Of a DNA stretch of 64,000 nt, positions 52,901 through 64,000 are shown piece by piece. Source of the DNA: Iphione sp. A-MEVVRFRX5. Taxonomy: Eukaryota. How positions within the stretch are numbered: position 1 is the stretch's first letter; each line of letters opens with the position of its first letter. The position numbers and the translations under genes were made by a program. The DNA is taken from assembly GCA_976226885.1 (NCBI GenBank), contig OZ320316.1, positions 75,144,001 through 75,208,000 on the forward strand, given 5' to 3'. Under the pieces are notes generated by a model. That model ran no database searches. It was not told the origin of the DNA and worked only from the letters and a program-made list of their open reading frames with translations.

Positions 52901-54032
52901 AGTACACACATATAAGTTTTTAATATTCCTATTCAGGATAATTGTCGAATTCATGTTTGCCAAATATTTTGTGTCATTGTTTCTTTACCTTGGGTATTTT
53001 TAGTTTTCCTCTAAGGATTATAAGTTATCGGAAATGATTGGAAAATGTCAGCTTGAAAACAGCGATGTTTTATACAAAAATAGTGTGTCTAGTTCTGAGA
53101 ATAAATCAAATAAGGCCGGGTGCATGTGACTTAACTGTGTATAAAGACCAGGGCGAGGGTTCCGACAAGACCATAATTGGATAGTCTAGGATGTATTGCA
53201 GAAATATCTTAGTGCATTTCAGGATCAAAATGATAAGAAGAAAGGCTAATTGTTATGTACATAAGGAGAGAGGTTAATTTTTATGATGAGCTTGCGAATG
53301 ATTTCACAGTTGTGTAAACCTTAAAAAAGCTCTAGAATTAGTCACGTATCTTCAATGGTACACCCTGACCTTTACGTTACACCTCTAGGAATAAAAAGCG
53401 TCCTTTTGGCTTAAGATATTTAATTTGTTATGTATTACTTAATCTCCAATCTCCGAAAATGATCTCCTCCAAAGTATAATAATGACAGAACGTCGTTTCG
53501 TATTTTCTCAATGATATTATGGCTAAAGACCACCAATATATTGTCGTGCGTAACATTCAATGCATCCTCTTGACTCTGCCATGTCCTAATAGCTAGCGCC
53601 TCGGCAGAGGTTCAACTACTATTCAATGTCTAGTCGTGTCTACATCTTCGCTATTATTTTGTCGAATGAAAGCAAATAGCAGAAAGCCTCGGAAGGTTTC
53701 AACAGATTAAGGCATCGTCTATCAAAACTCTCCGTCGTTTTCTAGTTCAGTTCTTATCTCCAAGAAGCAACAAGGAATCTTTGGAACCTATGTAGTTATC
53801 TTCCCGCTTCATGCTGGACCGATGGGGAGCAGGCAAACGAGCCAATGGTACCAGATCTTCGGCAAAACACTGCAATCTTACCTCTTCTCGAGCAGATAGG
53901 AGTCTCCGTCCTGGTCAATGCAGGCCGTCTGCTCGCCCTGCTTCTTTATCGCACTCTCTTTGATCTCCACCTCGCCTAGGCCCGCCCGATACCAGCTGCC
54001 TCGCCATGCCTCCGGGAACGTGCAGCCAGATT
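15626..54032 (-). CDS. Multi-exon gene (5' incomplete) for a Cys-rich secreted/membrane-anchored protein with a two-fold internal repeat; DUF7042/DUF7043/DUF7044-like
   Basis: Thirteen exons joined by hand at canonical GT-AG sites with matching phases give one open frame of about 546 aa: ESGCTFPEAWRGSWY...KHHDNIIQYKEGYC...PVPCPFQSAYHF...FECLAHWKDG...YRCFMYQ...SADASCRGL...SCTFPEWMAG...GCETTRQCIRVLRRNSQVLEIHQG...QPCPFPGKY...LECLKTWEEE...NCYALEK...DCTEG...TLLHTICVVLITLLLSRRWR*. The motifs match my recollection of the invertebrate DUF7042-7045 family; this was not checked against a database. Confidence 0.85.
18872..18983 (-). CDS. Exon B6 (phase 0 to 1): ALEKDSNTFQLYTDRNCNLGAPYFFNKINRYKFSGPS
   Basis: Acceptor cttttctccactgcag, donor G/gtgagt, 112 nt. 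Confidence 0.82.
19139..19236 (-). CDS. Exon B5 (phase 1 to 0): GHLECLKTWEEEDRRYIIARRLGDDGMQSNCY
   Basis: Acceptor catttatttttcag, donor gtatgt, 98 nt; CLxxW...CY motif paralogous to A5. Confidence 0.88.
19513..19546. repeat. Imperfect (CA)n microsatellite
   Basis: acacacacacatgcacacacacacacatacacac. Confidence 0.9.
22363..22524 (-). CDS. Exon B4 (phase 1 to 1): QKLELQPCPFPGKYALEHSQPECNGYLHIGCNGTSTIGVEIDSKCEAEVGQRN
   Basis: Acceptor tatttgttacag, donor G/gtaaga, 162 nt; second CPF motif. Confidence 0.9.
22596..22638. repeat. Short tandem repeat of ACGAAATGAT(AAT), about 3.5 copies
   Basis: acgaaatgataat acgaaatgat acgaaatgataat gacgaatg. Confidence 0.85.
23221..23298 (-). CDS. Exon B3b candidate (phase 1 to 1): GTIKDNSIRGCLEPDIINRTGHHLVI
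   Basis: Strong acceptor ccccattttcttttcacatag, donor C/gtaagt, 78 nt open; alternative to B3a. Confidence 0.6.
23698..23770. repeat. Polypurine (GA-rich) low-complexity tract
   Basis: gaaagaaagagagagagagagaggggaggggaggaagaaaaaag. Confidence 0.85.
25359..25430 (-). CDS. Exon B3a candidate (phase 1 to 1): GDIGVMWQAKCRRSDLLIAYTTPL
   Basis: Acceptor tattatctacacag, donor C/gtgagt, 72 nt open; alternative to B3b. Confidence 0.55.
25639..25703 (-). CDS. Exon B2 (phase 2 to 1): ETTRQCIRVLRRNSQVLEIHQ
   Basis: Acceptor ctattgttgcag, donor G/gtgagt, 65 nt; completes the split Cys codon (TG+T). Confidence 0.88.
26084..26324 (-). CDS. Exon B1 (phase 1 to 2): TEGWPQESCTFPEWMAGVTWQDLSGG...AFRCLQVIEE...LTSHG
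   Basis: Acceptor ttattttttctag, donor TG/gtaagt, 241 nt; second CTFP motif. Confidence 0.9.
26549..26657 (-). CDS. Exon A6 (phase 0 to 1): MYQTLGADLNLAMSADASCRGLRSPGDGPLVLHFQR
   Basis: Acceptor tttatggtag, donor G/gtacca, 109 nt; SxDAxCxGL motif. Confidence 0.88.
27248..27357 (-). CDS. Exon A5 (phase 1 to 0): MKFECLAHWKDGSEFYIYGGFTGPGIHTRDARYRCF
   Basis: Acceptor ttttcttccccccag, donor gtaagt, 110 nt; CLAxWKDG and YRCF motifs. Confidence 0.92.
29900..30330 (-). mobile_element. Gypsy-type LTR retrotransposon integrase remnant
   Basis: GHFQGPLP (resembling D-F-x-GPLP) and LLPLVAFTHRSH..AAGQLPLQLTYDLP (resembling LPxVxFAYR..H.STG.SPF.L.YG); spacing shorter than normal; no LTR found. Confidence 0.5.
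31965..32138 (-). CDS. Exon A4 (phase 1 to 1): GSLPVPCPFQSAYHFSYNNNTAGICDQPLSYVQPCASASKFNFKFHHCPGVAETFER
   Basis: Acceptor gtccttccag, donor G/gtaagc, 174 nt; CPF motif. Confidence 0.9.
34343..34426 (-). CDS. Exon A3 (phase 1 to 1): YCVKGTRSVKMARKQIRVEDVLFTLIR
   Basis: Acceptor tctttctgttttacag, donor G/gtaggt, 84 nt. Confidence 0.8.
34900..35330 (-). mobile_element. Possible very old L2-like ORF2 fragment
   Basis: LGTDHY...RHLSSIDY resembles the SDH...RxLxxID segment that follows the LINE endonuclease; CpG-poor; weak. Confidence 0.3.
39800..43145 (+). mobile_element. Degenerate DIRS/Ngaro-type tyrosine-recombinase retrotransposon (gag, RT, RNase H, YR), antisense within an intron
   Basis: gag zinc-finger remnant GVYYKYNN..EDSNCHFRHS (about 40530-40640); RT PHCVNTVGGVHKRNGKLRP, DIQKANRSV, FGGKCAP.IFN, NLDDDII (about 40950-41450); RNase H ITTDSSLEGFGG, ENTTV..GRSKN, NMIAEVLSR (about 41790-42140); YR WLACILAFCCLLRK, HSFRRGG, NWKS...KY (about 42180-43060). 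Confidence 0.92.
42182..43062 (+). pseudogene. Tyrosine recombinase of the DIRS/Ngaro element (frameshifted)
   Basis: Catalytic Arg in LLRK (about 42560), HSFRRGG at 42853-42873, and the W and Y of NWKSSCIEKY, spread over different frames. Confidence 0.88.
43873..43956. repeat. (GA)n microsatellite with GACA interruptions
   Basis: About 40 bp of pure GA followed by (GACAGAGAGA) units. Confidence 0.97.
46307..46374 (-). CDS. Exon A2 (phase 2 to 1): EEMCVIPMLMMKHHDNIIQYKE
   Basis: Acceptor tttatttttattacag, donor G/gtaggt, 68 nt; phases fit both neighbours; HxNxxQYKE motif. Confidence 0.8.
53882..54032 (-). CDS. Exon A1 (phase 1 to 2): SGCTFPEAWRGSWYRAGLGEVEIKESAIKKQGEQTACIDQDGDSYLLEK
   Basis: Acceptor ctctttgctcttccag, donor AG/gtaaga, 151 nt open, CxFPxxWxGxW motif. 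Confidence 0.88.
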
Positions 54033-55231
54033 CTGGAAGAGCAAAGAGGTAACAGGTGCTCAGTCCTCATCGGTTTGTCACTGGGGGGCGAGGCCGATGC
54101 CCAGCAAGGGTATGTCTGATATACAGGTAAAAAGGTTTATCTTAAAGCTGCGCAGATTCCAAATAATTCTTCTTGTTTTAGAACACGTCGGCGTTCTGGT
54201 TGTACCTTATTGAAAAAAACATTTGATTGGCATTAAATCGATGATATTTACAAAATGAACATACATGAAAACGATCGTATAAAATAACCTTACGATATCT
54301 GACATGTCAAATTCCATATGAACCTTACAATGGGGAATATGTATTATTTCAATGATGCGTCATATGGCCAGCGTAACATAATGTGTGTTTAATGAATAGC
54401 TGTGATATGAATGCCCTTGACTATCTACTGCCCCGAAACCTCAACTACACACATTTACGTATATTATATCCGACGTAAACTTAGGGGTTTCCAGTGACTG
54501 TCTTTGCGGCTAGAATGTGCTGTTCACTTTCAACGAGTAGGAGTTACAATAATACAGAATTAAAATAAACTGATCACATGTTATACCCAATCTCAAAATT
54601 CTAACATAAAAAGCCGAGCAACATTTCCCGTACTCAATAGTGGGAACCAAATAAGATCGGATTTTACTATGTTTAATTAAATACAAAGCAACTTCCCACT
54701 CTTCCAGGAGATACTTTGCAAATCGTGTATGAACCAAACGGATACATAATTGCAGAATTCTGAATGTTGCCTGAGTCTCCATCTCACAATGTGAGATGGA
54801 TATCATCTATGCTGGGTCCCCCAGGCGCGATTTCGTCTCTTAAATATTGGTGCTGTGCTTTGGACACAACTCTTGTAATTGCTCCATCAGCCACAGCAAT
54901 GGTGCGGTGCTGGCAGACACCTAAAAGTCAACTGTCGGTGGCAGTGCTTTGCTGGAGACAATTTTAGATGACAAGCTTAGTGCTTTGATATACATATAGG
55001 CGAACATACAGCGGCCGTCCCGCCGTCGTTGACATTTCAACCATCAATTGTCTTTCTGCAGGTTGTTTTTTCTGTACACTGCAGATAGCCTCGTGTTTTT
55101 CGCCACTAATACTGTCTTCACAGCCTCAACAATGCAGTCGGGTTGTACCTGATGCAGTTGTCCTTTTGCTTGTATGAAAAAGATTATTTATTATTTATTA
55201 TTAATGAATTAATCAACAGGTTGAATACCCA

Positions 55232-55271
55232 TCTCTCTCTCCTTCTGTCTGTCTGTCTGTCTGTCTATCTG

Positions 55272-55311
<40 letters not shown>
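55232..55311. repeat. (CT)n/(CTGT)n compound microsatellite
   Basis: ctctctctccttctgtctgtctgtctgt...ctctctctctc. Confidence 0.97.
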
Positions 55312-55312
<1 letters not shown>

Positions 55313-58300
55313 GGTCCGCATAGCGTGCCTTAGCCTAGCATCTGATAACACCTACCCAGCCCTCCGGGGCAGCTAACACGCCTGAGCGCTTACCTCTTGG
55401 ACATACTGGCTCTGTTCCAGGGCAAACTGCCATTTGCTATGAAGGCATCTAACTTACAGCCAGCCTAGTGAGGATACTGCCAGAGAAGACTCAGTGCTGC
55501 CAAGATAATGGAATTGTTATCAAAACACAAACGCTGGAAGCTGTATTGACCTAGTATACTCGCCAATGACATTGCAAATGAGAACTTATTATAGTCAGTC
55601 GCACTGACCGTCACGTACTACTTCCTTAGTTTACTTTGCCACCGCACCCGAAGTTGCACATTCCGACAGAGTAGTATATGTGTGTGGGTGAAAATTTGCG
55701 TGCTCGGACAAACCAAGCCAGACTGATACCTGATTAAGTTTTCCTGTATATTACCTGTCGAGCACGTAACGATAGCACACTGCGTGGATTTTTTGGTCGA
55801 TAGTCATAAACTAAGGTGAAGGGTCCTTTCTTAAAACAAGTCACTGTCCTACTGGACAAGTGGTTTTGTCACAAGATGGAGCTGAGTGTCACGTCCTGCC
55901 CGACATTCTAGCTAGACCATCTCTGCAGTGGGCGCCTTGAGCCTCGTCTACCGGAGGATTGCATCCAATTAGGGTAGTGGAGGCTTTTTCATTGGCCACC
56001 GACCCGTACATGCTGGGACGGCAATGATAGTGTATGGGTGACTATAAGTCGTCCTATTCCAGAGACAGGAGGCGTTTCCCGGGGCCTTGGATGCCACGTT
56101 CCATGGCCTGCCAAAGATATGGCGCTTTTAGAAGAAATGCCAAGCCTTCCTAATTGGATTTGCCTATTTGTGGCTACAAAGCAACTCGGGGGTGGGAGGC
56201 AATTTATATAATATAGCTCGTGACATCCGACATTGTGAGGCTTTTTTAAGGGGACCGTACACCAGCAATGGAATTTGTTGTCAGCAATTGTCCCTGCTTA
56301 AAGGAATTTTGTTTTGCATAGATGCGGCTTCCGACCAGTACACGATGTAATGTAATAAGCAATTTACAACCAAGTTGGTTTCACTTTTGAGGATAATGTC
56401 AAATAATTTTTGTCAAGATGCTTGTTTTACGTTCCTGTGATATAAAAAAAGTTATTCCTTTATGTCACCATAATTACAAGTAAGATACTTTTCTATAAGT
56501 CTCTCTTACTTTCGCTACCTTATCTGTTTACATCGTTTGTTACGTGTTGTATATTGAAGTATTGAGGAATTGGCAAATATCTCTGACTTTTCTCCTTTGA
56601 ATAATATCACCAAAAGGGCTGTAGATTTCGTGGAAATCAGGCTACCACAGCTGGAATTCGTGAGGGACGCATTGGTCCGAATAAAAAAAAAACGGGGAGA
56701 CATGGGCGTAGACGCTGGAGCTGCTCGTTCGAGCTTGCCAGAGCTGGGCGTCGGCTGATGATAGCAGTCGTTGTCGCAGAAACCGTTGTTCCACAACCGC
56801 CCTATACTTAGTTCGCATTCAAACTGTGTCTCTACTCGAAAACAGCAGTGTGCTGGATGACCGCCTTGAAGCAACCGTACCAAGTGACCTTTTGTCTTTC
56901 AGCGTCTAATCCTCGAAGGATCGGGCTGGCGCTCTCGGTGATGAGTTGATCTCGATAACCCGAGGCGGATAGGCAGTATGTTCAGTCGGGCGTCCCCTCT
57001 AATGAAAGCTAACTTTGACGGATCATTGGCGTCTCCGAGAAGAAGCTTTTGTACTTGGTCGCTAGGGGGACATCTCTCGGTATATCGACTCACTGGCTGA
57101 CGATCCCTCAGATCCAGTCTAGAAGGGTGGTGATCCTTATATCTTGCATCCATTGCGGCTCCTCAAAGAAAAAATAAGCTAGTGGTGATCCCTCGGTACC
57201 AATTGATCGAGCGGTAATATCAACTTAATTGTGTAATTAGGGTCCCCTGGTCTGCTCTCGTTATCGCGTCCATTGTGCTTGAATGCAGCCGCTCCGCCTG
57301 TTTGTGAATCGCACAACTTGCGTCATCAGTGTAATAAGCATGCTCCCGGCGGCAGGATTTGAAACCAATCTCTCAGAATGATTGCAAGGTGGACAGCAAG
57401 ACTGACAGCCAGGGGATGGACTCTCAATTAGATGTGTTTGGCCAGAGCTTGGGATCCCTGTAAGGGGAGCTGCTGGGAGGAACGGTACGCGCCGGCGTGA
57501 GATTAGGTTCATTTGACGACCGTATCCCCCACTGGCCGTGGCAGTACGTCAGTGTAAAGACATCTGAAGCACTAGACTGCTCCATATAGTATCGACAAAA
57601 GCACCAGTATATAAAAGTAGCTTTAGGACAGTAGCCCTATGTAGCAGTATTGGAAGCAAGCAGTACTGATACCGGCGTCTCCACAGTGTGTACTATGGAA
57701 TGACGGGATAATCCATCACTCTGTTTTAGATGCTCTACTTTCTATGCTCGACGTATTGTCGTAAGAATGAAATATTTTAGGTCAGCAAAAAATGACTCGT
57801 AAGCAGACAGTAACAATATGACTGCAAAGTCGATTTTGAAAAAAGACCAACAACGTCGTAGGCAACGATGAATAAAGCCGGGATTGCTCAGTGGGAGAGG
57901 AAAACATCCTTTTGTGGTGTGTGTGCATAAGAACATTTGAGGCAACCGACGTCACTATGAAAAACATCACCTGATCGAAAGCTAGCATTCGCAACACCGC
58001 CGGAAGGCAAGTATAGCCGCTACGGCGTCTACTAAATTTGATTATACAGACCGGGCTGCATCTTTTGGTAGCAGTTTATGTAGAGAAGCAGAGCTAAGGC
58101 ACTTCAGCGGTGTCGGGATAATTCTAGACGCCGTGGAAACAATGCTACACTCGCATCTTCTTATATTGGTATTCTGGTAATGCCTAAATTATACAAATTC
58201 CCCGTAACTAACGTCCGTTCTTTTATCCAATATCACGTCTTTTGTACCAATATATAAAACAGCAAAGCAATAGCAGTGAGCAAATCTTCTTATTGTCCTG

Positions 58301-61300
58301 CGGTGCTGCTTTAATACCGGAACCGGAAACCTCCTTCAGACGGTTTGGCACCATGATAGCCGCGCCCCTGGTGACGAATGAGCGTACTACAGCACAGTTC
58401 ACTGCGTCCGTTAAAATACACCCTCAGAGCTTCGGTTCGAAGCACTCTTTCATTCCCGGCAGGTATCTGTAAAGGGTAGATTGACCGGAATAGCACACAT
58501 GCCTGCACTTTACATGGCTCCCATTCACTAACGGTTTGTAAGGGCCGGGGCAACTCACTGAGGTCGTCCTCTGCCGGTTGCTGGGCTGCGTCTTGTCCTA
58601 CGTGCATCGACTATTTGGCAGTGAAGCTGTGGGGGTATTTGCTCACATCTTTTCTGCACTTCCACTGCTTCGGAGTTAGTGAAAACGTGTGCTGTATCAC
58701 TGAATGGCAGTATCCCTAAGTTTCGAGGTTCTCCATGTATATGATCGATTCTAGAATTATTTAGATCGAGCTTCTTTCCATGGAAAACAAGGTCTTTGGT
58801 TCAAATCGCAAAGTCCAAATCAAGTCCAATATGCACTCATAATTTTTATTGCAATGTTCTCTTTTGTCTATTCCTTCATTTCGGTAAAATTACTATTTTA
58901 CCTAAATGTTTCAACGGACGAGCATGGAGTTATCATGACCTTACATGGAAGTGAACTGCCACATAGGTAATCGAATTAGCATTGCAAAGCCCAGAGGAAC
59001 GCTAATAGGTGACCCCAGTGAAGAGAAGTAGGACGCGCGGACTGAATTATTCTTCCATCCCAGTTCGAAAACTACATTATGCGGTCGGCTGCTTTCTAAT
59101 CTGGTCGCCAGACGAGTCTATGGTGTGCCTCGAGCAGCCTGCAGACCTCCGTGTGGTAGAAAAAGCAGGCCATAATACCTGGGTTTTAGGAGTCCCCTGT
59201 GTCCATTGCACTGTGCCCTGTTTCTCCCTCATTGCAGCACGTCTTCTTCAGATAGAAGAAAGAGGTGAAGTATAGATTTGCCTCATGCAAGAAATTCCTT
59301 TCATCGGATACAAATGCTTTGGACAATACGATCACTTTATGGAATTTCTTGTGCTCGGAGCTACTCTCTTGGAGCCGTTTTTGCTTCCGAGGAGAATGTT
59401 TTTCAATACTCTTTCCGTTGTGGGCACGCGAGGTGTCTTAAATGCTTCATCATCTGTAAAACATCGTTTCCATTTTGTATTTGGCGGTACCAATGTTACA
59501 TACACATATTGACATTTTGGTATTTTAAATAATACTACGGTACATAAATGGTATGAAATCCTTGTTACTCCAAGTACTGTTGTTCGACCTATGAAGTGTG
59601 CTTCTACCAAGCACAATGGTACACCTGCAAACAATATTCGACTATTCTTCCATCCATTACGTCATTATGCATATAACAGCCATGGGTAAGTCTGACGAGA
59701 GGAGAAACTGGATGTGCCAGCCATTGTTATGCTGTTCTCCACGAATGTATTTGCATAATTTTATGGCCAGCATAATGCTGTCTGCCATTTTCCTTGGCGG
59801 TGAATTGGCCTGGGTGTGGCCCCAGTGTTATTCTTCCATAGAGGCCAACAGCGCGTGTTTGTCCTCCATAACGATGTCCGATGCCATGCCAAAATGAAAA
59901 GGTACGCTGAATTGGCTGAATACATGGGCTCTGGTATCAATGCCTTATCAAACGACGCCCACATTAGAAGGAGTGCGGGGGAGCATAACCGCCCTGTAAT
60001 GTGGGATGTATTTACTGTACTGTACTGTACATAACGTTTGTGTCTAGAATACGAGCAGGTCGGTGGTATGAGTAGCGAGTTTCGGCTGGTCCACTTTGGG
60101 TAGAAATGGTACGTTGTATATTTCCAGAAAATAGATAATCGTAGAAAGCACTTAACATCAACCGCAATTCCCTTTACAGAAATATAGTCTCAGAGGGTTG
60201 CATACAACATAAGAGGGAAAATAACATAAGATTTACAAGATTATTCTCGACAAGCTCTACCCTGTGTTGATGCAAATATCTATGTACATGCTTCACGTTT
60301 AATTTTTTGGGGCCTGATAATCTCGGAAATGTATCCGCAAGAGGCGAACGTTCTGTATTGTGCATTGAGACATTCCTATTGTTAGAGCAGCGGTCTAAGT
60401 CCTCTACAGCACCCGTCAAACAGCCCATGTAAGGTTCCTGAGCTTAAGAGTTAACTATAGAAATCTAGTTAGTGCAGATGTTAGTACAACCAGCATATAA
60501 AAAGGTTTAAGTTTGAATTTGAGTTCATTTTTGTAAACATCTTTGGGGAATACAACGTAACCTATGTATGACAATATAAACAATATGTTGGCAATAGAGA
60601 AGTTAACTATAACATCTGATAGCATTTAATTGTGAAAAGTATGGTACATACACCACGTCATGACTATAACTTACATCTTCCTTACATTTATTGTGAGATA
60701 GTAGAGCATGAATCTGCATCTCTCAGCCACTAAGTATGTAATATAAGATCGGAAGCAATACCGTAATGTTCTGTCACCTGTGAGACATACATGCGTATCT
60801 TTAAAGAATTAAGAAAAGAATACTAGTAAGTCAAAGCGTTAATACAGCTTTATATACTATAAAGTCGCTTGATCTCATTTACATAAAGGCAACAGGTATA
60901 AACTATAAAGATATATTATGTGCGGGCTACTGGTGAGCAGACAGAATAACGAAAGGACAACTGGCAAAGTTAGGCTACTGGGCAAGAAGTTTGGAGACAA
61001 AATGGCCAATACTGGTAAGAATATGGCATTCTCCTGTAATGTACAGTGACTTTGTAAATAAGGTACCTAAAACTGGGTGGAATTGGACACTCTGTACATA
61101 CCCGGAAGTGTGAGGCATTGAAGGTACTCCTAAGCCCTTCTGCCCTCCATGAGGTGCCAAACTATCTATTCGTACTCCTACTTCAAGTTACATGTAACAT
61201 CCGAAAGACATGATAATACGAACATAAGGTTTGAATATTATAGTTAGAAAAGTAAATGGTTGTTAAAACGCTTTGATTTTAGCAAAAGTGAACTTGAAAC

Positions 61301-64000
61301 TGAAAATAACAGCTGTAGACACTAATCAATACAATGCACACTTCGCTTAATGGCAAGTAAATAGACGCTGCTAGCAAGGGTATTAGTGCAGACAGAGATT
61401 CTTTCTTTCAAAAAAGCTTTCAAAAGAATTCAGCAAAAAACTTGAATTTGCAGTGGTGTGGCAATGTACGCCTTTGCCACTTTGAAACATTCCGGTTTTC
61501 TTTCAGGAACATTCTGTCTGAGTTGTTGTAACTCTTTCATGTTTTATGAAAGATCAAAGAAAGGTGTCGGTCTGTATGATGGAAAGAAGTGAGTCAATGT
61601 TGCGAACGCGGCTGTTTATAAACTAAGTTTCTGGGGAGAAAACTTATTAATATTCTATCATTTAATAATAGACAGTAATGCCTTTTGACTATCCATGGCT
61701 AGAAGGAAGTCACCCAACGGCTTCGTGAGACAGTTATATGATATTGTTGGGGGCCGCCATTTTTTCTAAAATGTTCAACCCTGATCTTTTCGAAGATTGG
61801 ACCTGATTGGACTTGTCCTTGGAACTTGACCAGATCGAGGAAGCAGTATAAAGGGAGCCTTTGCTCCGATATTTCAACAGATCTGTTTGGCCACGCGTGA
61901 TGCATGTCTGTGCTATATACGTATTCCTGCAATAAAGCTTTCTATACTATAATACTGAATTTGTTCGTTTCTGTCATCCGTCTATCATGGTACCCAAAGA
62001 TGATGTAATAAGATATGACGAAAGCAGAAATTCAGCATAAAGGAGGGGCAGTGTATGTTTTCAGACTAGAGGGAATGACGAAATAAATTGAGCAGAAACC
62101 GGATAAATAATGCTAACGTGTTTTCGCTGAACAGGATGACAAGATGGCAAAGATAAGCGAATACTCGTCAATTCCTCCAGATGCTTACCCGCGACTCAAG
62201 GGAATCTCTTATATGTGTACAATGGACCCACATGTATGTGATATGAATAGTAATCGGAATGTAATCCAATTCACATTGGTCTTTCGAACCTATGATTCAA
62301 AACTAGACATGTGCAAAATGTCTTTTGATGAGGCTGGAACTATCTGAAAGTTGTGCATTCACCGCCTTTCCCAATCATCTCTGATTACCGCTGCGCCCAT
62401 CGTTTGGGAAGGATGCTTTATCTGACGTCCTGTCCAAGCGTCCGCCGGGCGTCGTTTCTGTGCCTCCCACGATGCCGGTCTGCTATAACACATTGACACC
62501 GGGGCTGCCCTCCCCGCCCTCCTCCATATAGACCACCGTCTGTGATACCGCTGATACGGTGCCATGCCACCGCCAGCGTGCATAACTCGCAACCTCGGCC
62601 TATCCTTCTACACACATCATTGATCTACCACTCCCAATGGCCGAACGACCACATACTTCATGGAGAGGTTCCCAAGAGAAGGGAGCGTTCGGTCTGCCCA
62701 CCCGACGACAGCATCCTGTAAGCTCATCAATGGGAGCCATCTGGCGTTTCGCATTAGTTTACATTTCCCAGATAGGGGCATCGACCCGAGGGACGCCGTG
62801 GCGGTTCTCTCGTGTCGCCAGAAAATCCTGCCACGCTGTCTCGCCCACCAGATCTTTCCAGTATCTTGCACGGACAGCTCGCAGATGAGGGGTTAGCTGG
62901 GGCGCCGAGAGACAGGCCTAGACATCGCTAAGAATACGTGACATTTCATCAATAAATCTTAGTCTTTCTGGTGCGCGTTTTGTGTGCTTTGCCTCGCCGT
63001 TCTCGGTGTGGATCGATTCCTTATCGATAGCAAGATCCAGTTACTGATCGATGTGTTGATAGCAAAAAGTCGACGGGCGAAATGAGTGGTTGCTGCCGGC
63101 AGCGGGACAGGTCACTCTATCTCCGTAGTCAACTAGACGGTCGGGGTCGTTCATTCTCTTCCCATTATGAACGCGACTTGCTTGGAGACGGCGCTAGTCA
63201 TAGCAATAGGCCGCCCAAATAGATGGAGCCAAATATTGCTCTTGACGCGAAGCAAATGGTGCAGGACGGCGGCCAGAACGGCTGATCTTACCGCATTAGG
63301 CCCTGGTACCCTGATGGCTTTGATTCGGCCATCAACGCCTATTTCATTATGCTATGTTTTATTACACCGAATTACCCTGATTCATTGGCTTGGCGCTGCT
63401 GTCGTTATCACCGTCACCGTCGACTGCAAAGCGGGCCAGTGAGAGGCAGTCGGTTGCCGTCCGCTGCTCTAGCGCCCGTCCGCGGTCATCGAGTGCCGGC
63501 CTCTAATGACCACCCACAGCCAGATTGCCGCAATTGACTCACGTTGGTCGTGGCAGAAATCACCCGCTGCCTGACAGGAATCAATTCTCAGATCTTACAA
63601 CCAGGGATCAACGCTGCTGGGACGTCATCGCTGCTGCCCAATTAGGGACCAAGATTGATGTGTAACGAAGAGGTGCCGCTGTATTGGTAGCAGACTGAAA
63701 TAAGGAAAGTTAACTGAGTCGGGCCATGTGCAGCCTCTTGAGAACACACCTTATCCTTTCTGACCCCGTGACATGCTGTCCATTGGCGGACGATTCTGAA
63801 TTTCCTCACAGAATGCGCTTTTCAATGCCACTGTTCAATAACATTATAAGATAATAATTTGCTTGTGTTGTATGCGTCATATAACGTCGTCCAGTAGTGC
63901 CGTTCGCAACGATTCATCAATCAATCGTACACATTCTAAACACTCCTTTAATCATCGACTACCAAGCATATAGAAACGATTCTCTTACACTGCCTACCCA

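Noticed and set aside
55842-55892. EGF-like fragment HCPTGQVVLSQDGAEC (+), and CGSFKFHCQPGFEL (-) near 23500-23560
   Set aside because: They are short and isolated, on opposite strands, with no convincing splice context; chance similarity is likely.
1-64000. tRNA, rRNA, CRISPR arrays and functional hammerhead ribozymes
   Set aside because: A visual scan of GTTCGA/B-box and CTGATGA words found no cloverleaf or complete catalytic core, and there is no repeat-spacer array. tRNAscan-SE and Infernal would be decisive.

Overview
Eukaryotic (invertebrate-like metazoan) genomic DNA of about 41% GC, with no prokaryotic features. The ORF track is mostly noise. Manual splice reconstruction recovers one long minus-strand gene (15626-54032, 13 coding exons, about 546 aa; the first, signal-peptide exon was not found). 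It encodes a Cys-rich secreted or membrane-anchored protein resembling the uncharacterised DUF7042/7043/7044-type family (assignment from memory, needs HMM confirmation). The gene consists of two copies of a six-exon module with the same intron-phase pattern, and has a candidate mutually exclusive exon pair (25430-25359 versus 23298-23221). The rest is decayed transposable elements and simple repeats: a CR1/L2-like LINE (1-4000) interrupted by a TA-flanked MITE with an internal minisatellite, a pogo/Tigger transposase remnant, a Gypsy integrase remnant, and a DIRS/Ngaro tyrosine-recombinase retrotransposon (about 39800-43145) in an intron. I found no tRNA, rRNA or CRISPR array, and no clearly new biological system. 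The strongest leads concern the architecture and alternative splicing of the uncharacterised gene.
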